Source: Octopus sinensis (lineage: Eukaryota). Taken from it: DNA of 64,000 nucleotides. Positions 42,100 through 55,906 of the stretch are shown in pieces. Position 1 is the stretch's first letter; each line of letters starts with the position of its first letter. The stretch lies in assembly GCF_006345805.1 (NCBI RefSeq), contig NC_043004.1:63736001-63800000 (forward strand), in the 5' to 3' direction. The position numbers and the translations under genes are program-made. The notes beneath the pieces are model-generated. The model was not told the DNA's origin. It searched no databases and saw only the letters and a list, made by a program, of their open reading frames with translations.

Positions 42100-42900
42100 A
42101 AGTGGTACGATGAAGCAATATAAGGACAGCAAGTTGGATGAGATATAACATTTAGTCCCTCTTTCTGAGTGACTTGCGTAGTATGCGGTCGTACATTATC
42201 GTGTAAGAGAACACCTTTTTACTAGTGACCAATAACAGGTATTAGTTCTGAAAGTAATGTGTCCGTCTTGCAATTGACAACAATATTTCTCCGGATTAAC
42301 TGATTCATTATGACTTAACATTTCATGATAGACCACACCCCTCATATACCACCAAACACAGAGCATAACGTTTTGAGGCGTGCCTTCCTCGTTTGGTGAT
42401 AGATTCTTCTTTTCATTGCATACTAACCATTATTGTTTTCATTGGGTATGATTGAAGAAAACCCACTATTCATCACCTGTGATGATTCTGCACATGAAAT
42501 ACCTGGAAGTAAATCCACTCTTCAATGATACTCTGAGTACAACACTTTCACTAAGCTGAGGAGATGTCAATAATGAGGGACAGGGCGACGAAGTTTATAC
42601 ATGTTTCCACGTTCATGGAAGTGTTTTACGATATGCGCAGGATTTTAATTGAAGTGTTTGATAATCTTCTTTCAGTTTGCTTTGGAAGTTACTCAAGTAC
42701 ACTCTTCAGAAGTTCACCATGGAGTACACCTGTTCGGCCAAATTGAAAGAAATCTGCAACAGAAAATTTTCACCACGAAACTGGCTACAACATCGTTGCT
42801 ATGCTTGGACATTTAAAGATTCAGTTCCATAAACACAGTGAATATTTCTTGCTGCCTCCGTCCCTGAAAAAACCTCTTTTCAAATCATGCAGCTTGGATT
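42100..42900 (-). mobile_element. Decayed mariner transposon
   Basis: Minus strand RIITGDE*WV near 42465-42495. Confidence 0.55.
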
Positions 42901-43021
42901 TACCTAAACATATTTGCTTACTCCTTAGCATGTACTAAATTTTATTTTTCTTAATATTATTTCCGTAAATTCGTTTTTTTCGCCTTCAAATAATTATTTC
43001 TATTCTATTCTATATTTTAAG

Positions 43022-43080
43022 GACCATTGTAAACCAAAATGACGTGAACGCTGTTTATAATGCATTATCTAATTCAATAA
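43022..43080 (+). CDS. M13 peptidase exon (TIVNQNDVNAVYNALSNSI)
   Basis: attttaag|...|gtaagt; VNAxY motif; 59 nt, phase 2-1. Confidence 0.93.
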
Positions 43081-43839
43081 GTAAGTCAACAATTATTTCT
43101 TTGAAAATAATTGAAAAAATAGTAATACTCTAAGATTGCTATTGATGTCTTAGTTGTTTTCGTGTTGGAGAGTAAATCTTCACAGAACTAACGATTTCTT
43201 GTATAGTGTCAAGTTTATAAGACTTTAGGAAATAACTAAATATTCAAAGAATACTATCTGGACAGTAGGTTCCTTATACATTAAATCTATAAGCTGTGCC
43301 TATACACTCCATGACTGGTATCGACAGGAAATCAGAAAAATACCGTGTGCACCCAACACTCGGAGAATGACATGGTAGCATGTTGCACGTTTTTACGTTT
43401 TTCTTAATTGTTTAAATGCTCCAATAGTCCCAAAGAGATACTAACACGCTGTCAGCCCTCCTGAAAGTGACCTAGCATAGCATCCACAATATGGCGGTTG
43501 CTAAAAGATAGATTACTAAACCATCACATGGCTTATGTTTTCTTTTTCGATCAAAAAATGAAGAAAAGCAAAATTAATCTCATCTACAGTTAAACACACA
43601 TTTCAAAGACAACTGATATTAGAGAACCAGAAAAATATCCCAATGCAGGTTATCGGACAGTCTCTCGCATTCAAGACAAGCTAAAATCCCTAACTGTATT
43701 TTCTATAAATTTACTGTAAAATTTGTGTTTCTCTCTAAAAGTCATTTCAAGTTAGAATACGTATTAAAGAAGAAAAGTATAAAAGGTTTGATTTGAAGAA
43801 GAATTATATGGTAAAATATAGCAGATGCTGACCATGTAA

Positions 43840-44390
43840 CTTTGAACGACGATTTTGTCTATCTAGTCACTAAAATAGCAACGGATAGAAACTGCATTCA
43901 TGAAATAAATACAAGATTCAGCAAAGTTAACCAATCATTCGCTGTGTTAAATTCAATATGAAAATTATCAATACTCAGCAAGAGCACCAAAATGCTATTT
44001 TACAAAAGTAACATACTTAGTATCCTCCTCCATGGATCCACATTTGTGAAAACCACCATAAGTATTGAAAAGAAATTGGAGGTGTTTCAAAATAAATGTT
44101 TAGGAAATATTTTGAAGGTCTACTGGCCAAATATGATCTAGATTAGACAACTATACACCAATAAGAGAAGCTATTGAAGAAAGAATCGCTTTGCAATGGA
44201 TTCCACAAGGTAAAAGAAGACGAGGACGACCGAAGGAAACGTGGCGGAAAACAATACCAAAAGTTTTTAAAAGCATAGGGTTAAAAATGGAACAAGCTGT
44301 CAAGATTGCTTTCAATATGAGAAGGTGGAATGAACTTGTGTTGCGTCAAGTACTACAAGTCACAATGATAACCGAATGAATCAATGAACT
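43840..44390 (+). mobile_element. RTE-clade LINE 3' fragment
   Basis: YSRC/YAD region, KLEVFQNKCL..ILKVYWPNMI, QWIPQGKRRRGRPKETWR. Confidence 0.8.
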
Positions 44391-44454
44391 ATAATACTAT
44401 AAATATTTATCTTTTCTTTACGATATAAATTTCTAAAACTTTATGTTTCTGCAG

Positions 44455-44506
44455 CTATCCCCGTTGCACTGATGAAGCCTCCACTATTTATCAAAGGCGC
44501 GCCTAT
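44455..44506 (+). CDS. M13 peptidase exon (TIPVALMKPPLFIKGAPM)
   Basis: ttctgcag|...|gtgagt; matches FPAGILQPPF; 52 nt, phase 1-2. Confidence 0.92.
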
Positions 44507-44521
44507 GTGAGTATTATTATT

Positions 44522-44563
<42 letters not shown>

Positions 44564-46514
44564 ATCAAGTCGGTGAGGTAGCAAAATCGTCAGCACACCG
44601 GAAAATTTTTTCAGATCAAACTCTACCGAGGTTGATTTTGCTTCTCATTATTCGACCTCGATAAAATCAATACCAGTCAATCAATGGGCTCCATGTAATC
44701 GATTGTCACCCTTCCTCAAATCTTCTGGCCTTGTACCTATAGCAGAAAGGATTCTTTTTATTGTTGTCGTTGTTGACATTGTTACAGCAAGCAGAGTCAG
44801 TGTAGCATCAAAGAAAAAGCTTCTGGTATACGTTCCTCTATTTTATGTGCTGACATCAAAACTAGTCGAGGCCAACACATTTATCCCTCTGGTGTCAGTA
44901 AAACAAAGTATGAGTAAAGTACTTCTACGGTTTATACAAAGGACACTTATATATTTGGACAAATGTAAATGTGCTGATAATACAAAAGTGTACATATCTG
45001 AGTATTCCATATACATGAGTATCATTCATGTACTATTCAGTTGAAGTTTGACACAGTTTGTAATATGGATGATGGACCTTTGACTAACCGGTAGAATTCA
45101 GGGAAAGAAATAGTCAATCACATTATAAACATTTCATATAACGAACCCAAAAGAATTAAATGCTAAATTTGACATCGGAGTGATTGGAATGCAGATTGTC
45201 AGAAAAAAATTGTCCGACCCTTTAATGTCTTTGCTAATTCACCGCCATACTTCGTACTGCAATGTTGTTTACAAGTGGCTACGTCTTATCTAATATAGAT
45301 ATGGGAGGACAATTTTCACTAGTTTCCTATATACACGACCCAAACACTATCCTGTCTCAGAGTCTTGATATATTGTGATAGTTTGGGTCACTTCGGTATA
45401 TATGTGTTAATATATATATCAACATATGCGTGACTGTATTTTCTATATGCCGTTTAATGTTAAATACTTTACGAATATAGAATTTAGAATTACACGACTT
45501 AATATTAGTGATCTATTGTGTGGTGTTGATATTGCGTCCGGGAAAGTTTTCCTGAATTAACACAATTTCAGTTTAATTGGTAAAACGGTTCCATTATTTA
45601 ATTCCCTCCTCTACCTTGTTCCACTATGCTTAGATACATACATTTTCACATTATATTAATAACAAAATACAAGTATAAATATTCCATTTGTAATTACCCA
45701 TACTTCTCGATACAACAATATCTTACATTCGGCCGAAATAAAACTTCTAATGCTGCATCAATCATCGAGTCTTTGACAAATTACAAAGCCTCAACGGCCG
45801 AAACAGAGACGGAATCACAAAACACCATTGACAATTGTGAAATTCTCATTGGAGAAAGACATAATGCAGGTAAAATAAATTGTGGAGACCTTTGTTGTGA
45901 GATGTGCATATGGAACAAGAAACAACCAAAAGCTTCAAGAATGTGAAGAAACTACAGTTGAATAGGAACATGAATTCCAAAACAAAAGAATTTCATCTGC
46001 TGCATCTCATGCCTATGAATCGAAGGGGGTCAGAATTAATTAAAACCTTGTGAGGGTGCAGAAACAGCAAATTAAAAATCTGTTTCTTAAAAATGTTTCA
46101 TGTAGTGTGCATCTAGTGATTTGCGCAAATGGAAAATTCTAGGAAAATTACCTTTTCTGAAAATAAAAGAATATACGATCAACAACCAAAAGCAAAATTA
46201 TTCTGAATCCGAAACTAAATCGGAAGTAGTCAACACATCGCCCAAACCAAATTCTTCTATACATATTACTCCAAAAGGGTTGGATTTAAAAACTAGTTTT
46301 GACAGGGCGAATAAACAATACGAAAGAATCATTCCAAAATGTTTGCCATTCCGTTTTTCAAATGTTTTTAAATAAATAACATTTAAGAAAAACCTTTCTT
46401 TCAATATTGTGAATGTATCAAATCTTACTTTTTTTTGTGCAAAATTTTATATATACGTGAGCGTTTTGTGTGAGTATGTGTTTTCGTGCGTGCGCGTGTG
46501 TATGTATAAACGTG

Positions 46515-46547
<33 letters not shown>

Positions 46548-46594
46548 GGTTCCCCAGCATGGCCACAGCTCAAGAGCTGAAACTGGAAAACATA

Positions 46595-46767
<173 letters not shown>

Positions 46768-47545
46768 GATATAGTGTATATTTAAACACGCAAGGAATCC
46801 ACTTATAGAGATTCTACACGCTAGAAAAACAGCTAAGTTCTATAACCACAAAAATTGCGGATGAAATTCGACAGGAATAAATTTGGTAATGAAAAACATT
46901 TACCATCTAGTTTCCTGGACCAATTGGTTTCTAATCTTCTTTTAACGAGTCATGGAGAACTCACAAGGTTTGAGTTTCTTCAGCAGGTCCAACCTAGAGT
47001 TAAACATATCCACACGAGACAAACAAGGCTACTTGTCTCGTGTTCATACGAACTAACTTTTCAAATTTTACTGCGCAGACGCAGTCCTTCGTTGGCTACA
47101 AAAAAAGCCCGCCAACTTTTAACCGAAAATTATCCAAAAACTTACATTATTTAATCATATCAAAGGGAAATGGAATGTAATTAAAATTAAAAGTATTTAA
47201 TCAAAATTTACATTTCCAGTGGTCTAACGTGTAAAACATTTAGTCAAAAAGACTATATATTAGTCATACAATATAGTGTATATTTAAACACATAGAGAAT
47301 CCACTTATAGGGAATCTACAAGTAGCCTTGTTTGTCTCATGTGGATAGGTTTAACTCTAGGTTGGACCTGCTGAAGAAAATCAGACCTTGTGAGTTCTCC
47401 ATGACTCGTAAAAGATGATTAGAAGCCAATTGGTCCAGGAGACTAGATGGTAAATGTTTCTCATTTCCAAATTTATTTCTGTCGAATTTTATCCCCAATT
47501 TTTGTGGTTACAGAACTTAGCTGTTCTTTCTAGTGTGTAGAACGT
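46768..47545. mobile_element. Noncoding element with ~225-bp inverted and ~50-bp direct repeats, in (TA)n
   Basis: 46812-47036 is inverted to 47318-47542; 46769-46818 is direct to 47271-47320. Confidence 0.75.
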
Positions 47546-47581
47546 TTTTAATTTTAATTAAATTCATTTCCCTTTGATATG

Positions 47582-47730
<149 letters not shown>

Positions 47731-48382
47731 CATGTGTGAGCGTGTGTGTGTGTGTGTGTAAGGAAAATAAGACAAGGAAGAAAACGCTAAAATAATTTTA
47801 TCATGAAGTACACTTCAGTACCGGTTCTAATCTTTTCGACTTCAACTAACGGTAAAATAAGAAAAACGATTAAATTGAAGAAAAAAATAAAAGAAATGGT
47901 TTATAAATATTTCTATAGTCTATAAATAGGTACAACATTTTCCGTTTTACTGTGTCTCTCTTTATATCCCTCTCTCTCTCTCTCTCTCTCTCTCATTTCC
48001 TTTGTGAAGGCTCAATAGGTAGTAGCAGATCTGAAGAAATAGTTTTTTATGGATATAGAGAAATGTACCCATAAAAACTATTTCTTCAAATCTGCTACTA
48101 CCTACCGAGACTTCACAAAGGAAAAGAGAGAGAGAGAAAAAAAAGGAAAATGTCCTACCTATTTGAAGACTATGGAAATATGTACAAAACATTTCATTTA
48201 ATTTTTTCTTCAATTTAATTCCTTTTCATATTTTACTCTTAGTTCAAAAACCCGAAAAGACTGATACTACACGATAAAATTATTTTAGCATTTTCTACCT
48301 TGTCTTATTTTCCTTATCATATCAACTCGTATGTTACCTTTTAATTTTCTACACACACACACACACAAACACACACACATAT

Positions 48383-48425
<43 letters not shown>

Positions 48426-48459
48426 CATACATACATACATACATACATACATACATACA

Positions 48460-48527
<68 letters not shown>

Positions 48528-49086
48528 CAAAACTATGAGAGAGAACCCACTATGTGGACGCTCTTTTATTGACTTTAATTATAAATTATGTTCTCAAACC
48601 GGTTGTAAATTATTTGTGCAGTATTTATATTCGGAAATTTAGCGCGCCAGAACGAGGGCATTTGAATATAACTGTGAATATAATCGGCCGAACTGTTACC
48701 CTCTCTCCAACCTCGTGTTGATACTTATATCTTTGACGTACTCTACTGATGAATCGAAGATATTTATGTAAGTAAAATTACATAATTTATTAACGAAGAA
48801 ACAATTGTATAGAGTTAATCTATATTTTTGTTATTTTTCATTTGTCCTGCTCGCTTACGTTCTTGGTGTGTTAAATTATTCCTTGAGAACAATTTTTTGG
48901 TGGTGGATTCCCTTTGCGGATCTATACCTAGCGTTAGAGCGTCCACATAGTGGATTCTCTCTCATAGTTTTGTATTAATAATATTTACTGAATCCCAGTT
49001 TTTTATACGCTAGACCACTTGGTGTTTAGATTGGTGTTATTAAATTAATATCCAATTTTTTCACCCTTATTTGACTTTAAATATAT

Positions 49087-49485
49087 AGGCGCAGGAGTGG
49101 CTGTGTAGTAAGTAGCTTGCTTACCAACCACATGGTTCCGGGTTCAGTTCCACTGCGTGGCACCTTGGGCAAGTGTCTTCTACTATAGCCTCGGGCCGAC
49201 CAAAGCCTTGTGAGTGGATTTGGTAGACGGAAACTGAAAGAACCCGTCGTATATATATATGTATATATATATATGTGTGTGTGTGTATGTTTGTGTGTCT
49301 GTGTTTGTCCCCCTAGCATTGTTTGACAACCGATGCTGGTGTGTTTACTTCCCCGTTACTTAGCGGTTCGGCAACAGAGACCGATAGAATAAGTACTGGG
49401 CTTACAAAAGAATAAGTCCCGGGGTCCAGTTGCTCGATTAAAGGCGGTGCTCCAGCATGGCCGCAGTCAAAATGACTGAAACAAG
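49087..49485 (+). mobile_element. tRNA-derived SINE family B, full length
   Basis: GGCGCAGGAGTGGCTGTG head, GGTTCAGTTCC B-box-like, internal TA/TG tract, 3' GGCGGTGCTCCAGCATGGCCGCAG. Confidence 0.9.
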
Positions 49486-49520
49486 GAAAAAGAAAAAGAA
49501 AAAGAAAAAAGATATATATC

Positions 49521-49559
<39 letters not shown>

Positions 49560-50190
49560 CAAGCGTCTAGGAGGCGCTAAATTTCGAAACCGGTACCGAG
49601 TTGACCAGCATTTACTTGTTCTGACTCATTTGAGGTAAGACATTATTATTGTTCACTGATATTTTTTCCTATCTTGTCTGTAATAGATTTGTGACTTTTC
49701 GGTGGTACAGAAGTATTTTTTAACTTCTATAATTAGCGATATAGGTACTCACGTAGTACCCTTCTGTATATATGTACATATCTAATATTGTATGTATATA
49801 TTTTATTAATTTGCCTGTACGGCTTATCACTTATCGATATTATCGCTTGTGATGGTATTTAAATAATACCATCCCTATATTTATTTAAACATATATATAC
49901 AGATATATACATACATAACCTCTATAAATGGCTGATGATTGCTCAACATTTTAAAACTGTTGTAATACTTACAATGTTTAATAACATGATGTAGCTTGTA
50001 GCGATCGTACCAAATTACCAAAAATATTCTTGCTTATTTTGATTATAATCACACCATGAATTTATATGGATGATACCATACAAAATTCTGGTGCATCTAA
50101 CTTAAGTACCATATTCATTTGAATCTAAATTTTGCTGAACTTATATATATATAAACATGTATATATATGTATGGTATATTATGTCTACAG

Positions 50191-50258
50191 GCCTATTAAA
50201 CTTGGTGGATTAGGAACATTAATTGGACATGAAATATTACACGCTCTTGATGTTCATA
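50191..50258 (+). CDS. M13 peptidase catalytic exon (PIKLGGLGTLIGHEILHALDVH), HExxH at 50228-50242
   Basis: ctacag|...|gtacgt; zincin HEILH followed by the conserved D; 68 nt, phase 2-1. Confidence 0.96.
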
Positions 50259-50523
50259 GTACGTATCCAGTTCAGTATTGACGTATTTTACTCTCACAGA
50301 ATCTCGGACTAATGATTATAAATAATCCTATAAATAGAATTATTTATAATTTATTTGCAATATATTTCACTTTTTAAATAATGTTTTAGAATACTATTGG
50401 TATTAGAGTTTTTGCATTGATAATCATTTTAACTTGATTTGTTGATGGTGAATTATAGAAATATTAAAATTATATATATGTACATATATATATATATATA
50501 TGTATACATTTGTATGCATATAT

Positions 50524-50648
<125 letters not shown>

Positions 50649-50736
50649 TATTAGAGACAAAACCACTATTTTGCAAAACAAACAAGGAAAGACTTAATCA
50701 ATACATAAAATTTTAATAAATAGTCAAAAAAACCGC

Positions 50737-50801
<65 letters not shown>

Positions 50802-51008
50802 CATATATATGTATATGTATATATATTTCACGTTAAAAGTTTTTTAGAATTGTGTTGTTATTAGAAATTATTAGACCATAATTATTTTACATTGATAGGT
50901 TAGTATTTAATTGAAATATTTATCAAATAACAACACAATTCTAAAAGACTTTTAAACGTGAAATATATATACATATACATATATATGTATATATATACAT
51001 ATATATAT

Positions 51009-51459
51009 ATACTAAGCAATAAGGGTTTAGCAACGAATTGCCTTACCACATACCGAATTTAGAAATAGCAGTCAAAGGGTTATAGCTATTTCTTCTACTA
51101 AAAAGGGAGATCTCAGTAAAAACAGCATTTGGAAGGCAGACACAAACAGGTAAGAGAGAATGAATTGACTGTAATCTATCATACATTTTTTTAGTTATCC
51201 ACGGACGTACGTTTCGAAATCAAGTTTTTAGGAAAGCATAAGAACTTGATTTCGAAACGTACGTCCGTGGATAACTAAAAAAATGTATGATAGATTACAG
51301 TCAATTCATTCTCTCTTACCTGTTTGTGTCTGCCTTCCAATGCTTTTTTTACTGAGATCTCCCTTTTTAGTAGAAGAAATAGCTATAACCCTTTGACTGC
51401 TATTTCTAAATTCGGTATGTGGTAAGGCAATTCGTTGCTAAACCCTTATTGCTTAGTAT
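51009..51459. repeat. Near-perfect palindrome, ~218-bp arms, ~10-14-bp loop
   Basis: 51009-51229 is the reverse complement of 51240-51459 with about 2-3 differences. Confidence 0.95.
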
Positions 51460-51565
51460 TACTTAAATTTTCCTCGAATGAGGCTTTTACATGCCGAAGA
51501 CTACTTGGTGTAATTGATAATTTTTCCAAATTAATTAATTTCACCCTTCATTATTACGGATAACC

Positions 51566-51605
<40 letters not shown>

Positions 51606-51623
51606 ATACATATATATATATAC

Positions 51624-51725
<102 letters not shown>

Positions 51726-51844
51726 TATAAAATAGTAAAAAGTGAAAAAACTACAGAAGGCTTAAAGGTTAAAAAATATATATTTGCGTCAATATGTCTG
51801 AAGAATATTAAAAAAATTTTTTTCCTTACAGTGACATAATTTAG

Positions 51845-51884
51845 AAGAAAGACCGGTTTCGCGTTTAGCTTTTCAAATTTTCTT
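51845..51884 (-). ncRNA. Minimal type I hammerhead-like ribozyme, U3:A8 variant (3' terminal repeat)
   Basis: Minus strand AAGAAA-AU-UUGAAAA-GC-UAAAC-GC-GAAA-CCGG-UC-UUUCUU. Confidence 0.6.
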
Positions 51885-54800
51885 GCGACGTTATGTTTAT
51901 GTTGAATAGAGTGATCGTTATGTTCATGTTCAAAAGAGTTCTAAATAAGGGGAGGTAATGAGTGATTTCTTCCGGTGTAAGGGAGATAATCGCTTAAAAG
52001 TTTTTTCCTTTCCCTTGGTGTGAATTTCTCTGTATCAGTATGTTGGCATGGTTAAGTCTGGGCTTGTACTTTTCAATGAAGAATGTTTCCTTGTTTAGTC
52101 TAATTTGTGTTGATGATCCGATTGCACATTGGTAAAATGGAAAGATTAAAAATTGTGGTAGTAGTTGCTTTCCGCATTTCTCAATGTGCTCACTAAAAGG
52201 TATCATTCTGTATTCTGGGAATGCAATCTGTTGTCGATGCAGTGTGCATCTACGTCTGAGTGATAGTCCCGTGGATCCCACGTAGTCTTGGTGGCAGCCC
52301 GAGCATTTTATGACATGAATTATGTTTTCAGAGGCACAAGTAAAGTTAGATTTGATCTTGAATTTCTGTCCCTCTTTAAAGAGGAATTCTGATCCTTCTA
52401 GCAGGTTTGGACATGTTGCACAGTTCGATCTACCACATTTTTTTACTTTTGCATCCGTAATTTCAGAAAACAATTTTGCCTTTGTGAGAATCTTTTTAAG
52501 TGATTTAGGTTGTTTGTAGCTTTTAATGATTTGGTGTATGTTTAGAATTTCCTTTAATTTGGGGTCCTTATGAAGTATTGGTAAATTCTGGGTGATGATG
52601 GTGAAGGCTTCTTTGTTTCTGGGGTTGTATGTAGATATGTAAGGTAGTATTTTCGGGGAAGGTGTGTTGTTGTGTTGAACTTTTCTTAAAGTTTCTATGT
52701 TGATTTCTGTTGCACGTCTGATCCCATCCTCTATGAGTTGAGTTGGGTAATGTCTGTCAATTAGGGTGTTTTTGAGTTCTTGCAGTCTAATGTTCCTGGT
52801 ATTTTGTTCTGACACTATTGTGCATATCCTTCTTGCAAGGTTGAAGGGGATGTTTGTTTTAGTGTGTCTTGGGTGGCATGAATTAAAAAGAAGGTATTGT
52901 TTGGTGTCTGTGGCTTTGTAAAAAATGTCTGTTTCTATTTTAAGGTTAATTTTTTTAATTAGTATATCCAAGAACGGGAGTTCCTTTTGGTTGTATTCCA
53001 TTGTGAACTGTATATTTGGGTTTATGCTGTTCAATAGGTTTTTAAATTTTAGGAGTTTATCTGTGTTTTCATTCCAGAGTATAAAACAATCGTCTAAGAA
53101 TCGTTTCCAATTCTCTTTTATGTATTGAGAAAGGGGGTTTCCAAAGATTGATAAAGATTCCTGGTAAATGATTATTTCCATGTAGCCCATTGTTAGGTTC
53201 GCAATGACTGGTGCTGCCCTTGTACCCATAGCAATTCCGGATTTTTTACGGTAAAATGTATTGTCAAACATGAAGTGGTTATTATGTAGGATGAATTCAA
53301 TTGATTTAGTAATGAATTCTTTACTGATCCTTTTTGGTATTTCTTCCGGAAATTGGTCCAGCCAGAACTGTATTGCCTCTAGTCCATAATTAATTAGGTA
53401 TACTGGTATATAAGTTAACTACATCAAATGAAACCAGGATTGTCTCTCTTGGCTTTTTTTGGAAGGTGGTTTAACATATCTAAGTCATCTCTGATATGGC
53501 TATCGATATGTTTAAGGAAGGGTTTCAGGAGGATGTCCATAAATAGACTTAGTCTGTGTGTTTCACAGGTTGGGCCAGCTACAATGGGTCGTAGTTTTAG
53601 GTCCCCCGGGTTAGGTGTGTGTATGTATGTCTTTGGTGATTTTTTAATGGTTTCATTTATAATTTGGCTTTTATGAATTTTGGCAGACCATAGAAAAGGC
53701 TAGGTTTGCATTTAAAGTTTGTTAGAAAGTCAATCTCTTTGGTTGTTTGTTCCTTTTCATGGGTTTTAATTAGTGAAGATAGAGTTTTCATTATTTTTTG
53801 TGGGGTGTAGTTGGTAATTTTGTCATAATGTAGGTCGTCATCAAGCAAGGAAATTACAAGATTTCTATAGTATGATGTATCCATTATTACAACTGCACTT
53901 CCCTTGTCTGCTTCCTTAATGGTTATATCCTCATCATTTTGAAGTTCTATCAGTTGCTTCCATTGTGTAGGGTTAGAATTTGAGTTAACTTTCTGTTTAT
54001 GTATAGTATGGTAGGGAAAGTTCTCAATGTGGTTACAGAATTCATCAAGATCTATATTTCTTCCTCTGTGTGGAATGTGTTCACTTTTGTTCTTGACTAG
54101 TGATTCATCTTCAGTATTGAAACTGGTTGATGCTTCTGCTAGTCTTAATTTTCTGCAAAATTCTGTTATATTATCCTTGATTTCATTTAGGTTGGCTCTA
54201 CGTGGAGTTGGTGTAAATTTGAGCTCTTTTGAGAGGATGTCAATTTTTATGTTAGAAAGAGGTTTGGTTGAAAGATTGATTATCTTCGGTTTTTCCTTAT
54301 TACTAGGTTCCAGCCTGTGTCCTGGTGTCTCTGGTCCCTGGCTAAAAAATGTTGGGTGTAATTTTGTTTGTATGAGTTGTCTGTGAGGTTGTGTGATATT
54401 GGGTCGGGGGAATGGTGGTATTGTTGCCCCCGATCGTTGTGTGTGTGGGAATCTATGGTTGTTTTTGTTTGTGGTGTGTGTAAAGTTTCTGTATGTGAAA
54501 TATTTTTGTTTCGAACTGCTTGTATGTGGGATGTTGCTTGACATAGTGTTTTTTGCGTTTGTCTTGTGTTCAGTGGGGACCAGTAATTTTGGTTCATGGG
54601 GTAGTAGCGACTTGTGTGTGGTGTATTTCTTATTCTAGTGTCGTTTTGTGCTGTATGGTGGTTGGGTCTGGTATTAGGATGTTGTTGGTGTGTTCTGTTT
54701 TTGGTGTAATTTATTTCATAGACGCGTCGTCTGTCAGCTAGTTCCCTGTTAGGTCTTGCGTGGTTTGCAAAGGTTGGTTGTGGGTGATTTCTGTTTTTAG

Positions 54801-55819
54801 TGTATGGAGGATAGTTGGGGGTTGTTCGTGGGTTGTTTGGTTTTTCTTTTTTATTTTTTGTAATTTTCTTAAGGAAGGGATTATTTGTACCCAATTCATT
54901 TTTGAAAGTTGAACTATATTTTTGGAAGAAATCGATGTTTTTCTCCCAGCGCTGGAGAGAATTTCTCTCTTCTTTTTCACAGGTATCCTTCCAATGATCT
55001 AATGTATTTTCGAGGGGTTGTCCCTCGGTATGTTTTTGTATTATATTGTGCATCTCCTCGTCGATGCTTTTAAATTTTTCCTCATTTGTGGAGACCCTTA
55101 GTCTTAAAAGCTCTATTTCTGATCTTAAATTGAACAGAGCTGACTTTTCCCTAATAGTTCTCTGTCCGTCAGGCTCGTTAGGAATTAATTTTATCTAGAA
55201 TTTGCGTGGGAGGATAATTGGTGTTGAGTTCATCCATCCCTCGTATATATCTGCTTTGTTGGAATTTTTTATCATGTTCCAGAAGGCGAGCTTTCTATTG
55301 TGCAGGTTTGTATTCCAAATGTTTCCTATTTTTCTTTTTGCTGGGTTAATTTGGGTGCGTATGATGTCCTGCTGTGTTTCATTTGGTGTGTGTTTTTTAT
55401 TTTCGGATTTGTTGATGAAAATTGAATTTAGTGTTGTGTATAACAGTTGCAGATCCTTACTAACCTGGTCAGTGTAGCGAGTTGTATCATCATTGCTTTT
55501 ACTTTCCCGGGCGAGTAGGTTTGATTCCTCGATTTTGTTGTTCAGGGTAATGAGCTGTGTATTGATACTTTTCAGTTCTTTGAGTATGTCCTCATTTGTA
55601 GTTTTATCCGAGGTGTTGGTCTTCTGTGGCATTTTCGGTCTCACGTGTTTAATATATAGATAAGAAAGTTGGTTTGTGAAAGCACGTGGTTGAATATATA
55701 GAAAATAGTAAAAAGTGAAAAAACTACAGAAGGCTTAAAGGTTAAAAAATATATATATTTGCGTCAATATGTCTGAAGAATATAAAAAAAAAATTTTTCC
55801 TTACAATGACATAATTTAG

Positions 55820-55858
55820 AAGAAAGACCGGTTCCGCGTTTAGCTTTTCAAATTTCTT
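55820..55858 (-). ncRNA. Second copy of the minimal hammerhead, core mutated (GGAA for GAAA)
   Basis: Minus strand AAGAAA-U-UUGAAAA-GC-UAAAC-GC-GGAA-CCGG-UC-UUUCUU. Confidence 0.5.
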
Positions 55859-55862
55859 GCGA

Positions 55863-55904
<42 letters not shown>

Positions 55905-55906
<2 letters not shown>

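Larger units (their letters stand above)
51729..55863 (-). mobile_element. Near full-length Penelope-like element (Neptune-type), RT + GIY-YIG, 162-bp direct terminal repeats
   Basis: GIAMGTRAAP, RFLDDCF, CGRSNCATC linker, IIHVIKC..C..DYVGSTG...H. Repeats at 51729-51890 and 55702-55863. ORF broken into 55195-55644, 54280-55053, 53657-54544 and 51994-53271. (TA)n on both sides. Confidence 0.95.
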
